Part shown: one piece after another, positions 59,761-64,000 of the stretch
Position numbering within the stretch: position 1 is the stretch's first letter
Layout: every line of letters begins with the position of its first letter
NCBI GenBank assembly: GCA_964016885.1
Contig: OZ024741.1
Location: 325,872,001 to 325,936,000, forward strand
Direction of reading: 5' to 3'
Length of the DNA: 64,000 nt
From: Eledone cirrhosa
Lineage: Eukaryota
Notes under the pieces: generated by a model
What the model was told of the DNA's origin: nothing
Database searches by the model: none
Seen by the model: the letters and a program-made list of their open reading frames with translations, nothing else
Position numbers and translations under genes: made by a program

Positions 59761-60125
59761 CAACTTGGAAGGATAATTAACGACGCTGAATTTGATTCAT
59801 CACAATACGATATATATTGAGCAATAAATGATTAATACCAAGTATGTAAAAAAAAGCTGAAATCTACGCGATTGAAACCCAGAATGCAAGAGGCCGAAAT
59901 AAAGATCTCCGCCCCTTAACCCCAAAGCAGCACTTTCCTGATCGCTATATCCTCGCGGGCAACTGGTAACTAAATGCATAACGACTATCTGTGAACTGAC
60001 GAGTCACTCAGGTTTAGTTTCGGAATCTGTGAGTGACATAAATACCCTTACGTGACTACAGTTGTCGTTTTGGGAATATATTCGTTCTTATTCTGCCTAA
60101 ATAAAAGTCGCTCTCCTCGACTTAC

Positions 60126-60231
60126 CGTTCTCAATGGCATCATTAAAATACGGTTTGGACGCAGCCGGTTTTCTCTCGCTGTGGTAACTGGCAGGATTAG
60201 GCCGATTGGAAGACAAAATACTGTAGGGCAT
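60126..60231 (-). CDS. Candidate first coding exon of an unidentified host gene (MPYSILSSNRPNPASYHSERKPAASKPYFNDAIEN)
   Basis: ATG at 60231, 35 open codons, then a consensus donor G|GTAAGT at 60125, in unique CpG-richer sequence. No homology recognised. Confidence 0.35.
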
Positions 60232-61661
60232 AACAACCCTTCAGTTCCGAGATGATAACACCCCTTAATGTGTGATGCGACCAACAGCGATACTTTTTCC
60301 AGCGCCATCCATATGAAACAAGAATCAAACTAAGGCTTTCTCGCCTGAATGTCGGAATATAGAAAGCTGACAAAGTACCGAATGATCACCGAGAGTTTTA
60401 AAATCAATATTCGAAATATCTGGCACCTGAATCACTTGGAATGGAGATGGCCATCCACAAGAACAAGTTCCATGTGTGAACTGGCTCTTTCAGCGCGTCA
60501 TTGCTGCCAACCTTAGCGTTAACAAATTTACCATTTTGTATACCGGGACCACGAAAGATTTACATTTAATTTCTTTATTGTATTCACGGAATAAAACTGG
60601 TTTTTGGAGTAAATAAAAATAAACAGGACCTTGAATTTAATCGCTCTTCATGAAGACTACAAAACATTTGCAGAGTAATAGAATGATTTAGGTCTTTCGT
60701 AAAATCATGCTGGAAGCGTTTTACATAAATATAAGTAAGGGAGGGAAGGGGGTCATATGGTTTGATATCAAAAAGGGTCAATGAGCTAAGTGTAGGGGAA
60801 TGGATTAATCGGATATTGAACCTGTGTCCGGATGATTTAATTTTGCTAATTGTATTCACGAATAAAAAATGTTGGCAATAAAAGAAATATATCAAGAATG
60901 TAATCACTGTGCATGGGAACCACAAAACATTTGCCGCATTAGATAATGATTTCACTAAAAACAATCTGTCTTTTTCATACCGGAAATGTATTCTGGAAAC
61001 TTTCTTCGTTGATATTTTTTAGATTTAATTTTGATTCATTTTTTCTTAGTTATTATTGATAGATTATTTATTATTTTTTTTATTATTGAAACATGGAATG
61101 CTCTAAAGGCAAGAAGCAACAGTTTATTTTTTCATATGCAATTGTTAGTCGGCCAATTTCCTTGTGCAATTTCTCTATGAATTCTTTAGTTTCTAGTTTA
61201 AGCTGGAATGTCAAAGATTGTTCGTTCAGCTTGTGCTACACATTACAACTACATTTCACTGTGTATTGTTACCATGGAGATAACACGGATTGAAGTGGCA
61301 TGATAATACAGTAATGGTAGTGGTGGTTATAACAATAGTGGTAGTGATGACGGTAGAAGTTGGGGTAGTGATTGTGGTTGTAATGGTGTGCAGTGTACAC
61401 ATATATATAGGATAGTGTGGTAATGGTGGATGTCATGGTCGTGGTAGTGATGGAACTGTGATGGTGGTGGTATTGGTGCTTGCGTTTGGTACAAAAACGT
61501 AAATGTTTAACTCTCTACCTTGCTCTCTCCTACTCACTTCCCCGAAAAGACAAAGAAAGATTTTAAACTTAAAGAATCTTTTTAGTGAGTGGCGTGGGTT
61601 GGGAGGGATCTTACCTTTTTGTTTAAATAGAATTCACCATGTATATATATATATATATACA

Positions 61662-62560
61662 TGGTAAAAGGGATGTATTTTAATTATGTCTTTTATAAAA
61701 TAATACAACTGGCTATCCGCAAAATACGTATAGTTAGCACCCCAAACGTATAATTGGGATTATACTAAGGTATATCCTAATGTTTGTTGAGTGAGACCGA
61801 AGCCGGTCGGAGTATTGCTTAAAGCTTTCTCTGTTTAATGTATTAAATATTATACTCTTGAATTGGCCAGGGATGAACATTTCCGGATTTTTTTCAGGTA
61901 TGACTCTCTGTATTTATTCTTTGTATGAAATATTGATTGTTTTTCCGGTATATTGTCTCTGTTTTTAGCCTAAGAAAATACCTATATGCATGTATAAATA
62001 ATACATGCATATATTTATTTTTTTATATCCAATTGAGTTCTTTACTCATGGTTAAAATTATTGACAGAATTAATTGACCTGCGTGCATATTATTTTATTC
62101 TTTTATGTTTTGCGATGACCTCCCCTTTCCGCTTGGTGACGGTGTGAGATTTCTCTTTGTGAGACTGCTGGAATTTCAAAATTGGCGGTCACTCTAACAC
62201 TGACGGGTACCATCGCTGAATGTTAATATCGGTAGGTTTTTATATCGATATTGTTGGGCATCCACTGATGATTTATAAGTGCCCACCTGCATATATTCCT
62301 ATAGACTATGTGTAGGCTTCTACATAACCTGGACATTATTCTCCCAATTTGTAGAAAACTTATAATGAAACGATCGTTTGGAAAGAGAGATGTATTTTAA
62401 TTATGTCTCATATAAAATAATACAACTGGCTATCCGCCAAAAAACGTATAGTTAGCACCCCAAATGTATAATTGGATTATACTAAGGTATATCCTAATGT
62501 TTGTTGAGTGAGACGGAAGCCGGTCGGAGTATTGCTTAAAGCTTTCTCTGTTTAATGTAT

Positions 62561-62566
<6 letters not shown>
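61662..62566 (+). mobile_element. Retrozyme-like non-coding element (717-bp period, ~180-bp terminal direct repeat)
   Basis: 61672-61850 is repeated at 62389-62566. One hammerhead, no ORF, (TA)n on both sides. Confidence 0.82.
62261..62382 (+). ncRNA. Type I hammerhead ribozyme
   Basis: tcca-CTGATGA-tttataagt...acttataat-GAAA-cgatcg-TT-tgga. Confidence 0.88.
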
Positions 62567-62649
<83 letters not shown>

Positions 62650-63289
62650 ATGTGTGTGTGTTTATTTAGATTTATTTTTGCGTTTAGCATTTACCGGAAA
62701 TTGATGACAAAACACCAGAATCGAAGGTTTTATGATAAATATAAACACGTTAAAATAAACATTTTTGTAACAAAGGTTCTTACACAAAGTCGTGTAACAA
62801 TCGTTTATAATATAAAAAAAAAACACATGAATAAATTTGAGAGAAATCTTATAAACTTACCTTTAAAAATTAGATTCAAAGGACTCAACTGCCCAGACAG
62901 AGTTTACCTGCCCAGAGAGGTGTTCACAATACAATCAGGTTTAACAGGTGACACGTAAAACAGTTTCCCGTGGTAAATCCAAAGTGGAAGTACCCAGCCC
63001 CCAACGTCTTAAAATTACGGATGAACATTCGCGAATTTCCATAAATGAAAAAAACAAAACAAACAAAAAAACAGCAACAATCTTTTCCTCTTATTTAAAA
63101 AAAAAATTATTTAAATAATCGGAAAATTTGACATCCGGCAAGGATGCAATCGACCCCCCTCCCCCCACTCCCACAAAAAATCGGAATTGGGGGCGATGTG
63201 AAGGACCGTGGGATTTTCCCAGCATCCGGTACTGTGTGTGTGTGTGTCTGTGTGTGTGTGTGTGTGTGTGTGCGTGTGTCTATGTATAC

Positions 63290-63538
63290 ACCTGTAACTC
63301 TTGATGGAATCACAGAGGTTTCCCCCTCCCTTCTGGTCTGAACACAGCTGATTTCTTCCAGAGAAGGAGAAAGAGAGAATGTGTATGAGTGTGATAGAAA
63401 GAAATTTATAAAGAGATATAGAGGTAGAAATGACCCCAGTATTAGACTGGTACTTTCTCTGTATGTATCTATGGACCCCTAACTCTCAATGGAGTCATAG
63501 GGAAACCCCTCTCCAGGTCTGAATACTAACTATTTCTT

Positions 63539-63606
<68 letters not shown>

Positions 63607-63960
63607 TTATGTGATGGACAGAGAAGTCAGAAAGAGATATAGAAGAAGAATCAACCCCAGTACTTGACTAGTACTGTGCGTGTGTGTGTGTGTGGACCTG
63701 TAGCACATGGAGTCGTAAGGACACCTCTCTCCAGGTCGCAACACCACCAATTTCTTGCAGAGAGTGATAGAGAGGAAGAGGAAATGTGAAAGTGATATAG
63801 AGAAAGAATCAACCCCAGTGCATTACTGGTACTTTATTTTATCAACCGCGAAAGGATGAATGACAAAGTTGAACTTCAGCAGGATTTGAACTCAGAATTC
63901 GGCAGAAAGAAGCAGAACCACAAGGCATTCTACCTGTTCTAACGACTGCCAGTTTATCAC
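63290..63960 (-). repeat. Three ~180-210-bp tandem units ending in a SINE (63810-63960)
   Basis: Recurrent tggagtc.taggg..ctccaggtctgaa..atttctt.(GA)n..accccagt..actggtact. A related segment lies at 10330-10430. Confidence 0.7.
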
Positions 63961-64000
63961 CTGTATTATTAATTCTTCCACACATTCTCCCACTTATTCC

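Overview
AT-rich, microsatellite-saturated animal DNA, most likely from a cephalopod (octopus-type SINEs and RTE LINEs; inference). It looks intronic or intergenic, and almost all ORFs in the track are translated (TA)n/(TATG)n/(GA)n. The real coding content is transposon-derived: four 5'-truncated Penelope-like elements (RT plus GIY-YIG, with a CxCX5CX5C linker typical of the Naiad clade) carrying inverted pLTRs, an RLE-type LINE in (TATG)n, RTE and RTE-X fragments, a Tigger/pogo deletion derivative and about 11 SINE copies. One candidate host first exon lies on the minus strand near 60.2 kb. The main signal is about 20 hammerhead-ribozyme folds, found by eye, from at least 10 sequence families. 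They occur in PLE pLTRs and in non-coding retrozyme-like units, mostly at (TA)n tracts. Many have palindromic stem III, large stem II insertions and a non-canonical 10.1-11.1 pair, and one pair of homologues shows covariation. Many fold-back structures accompany them, including a 16 kb nested palindrome. All folds and coordinates were read manually and are unverified computationally.
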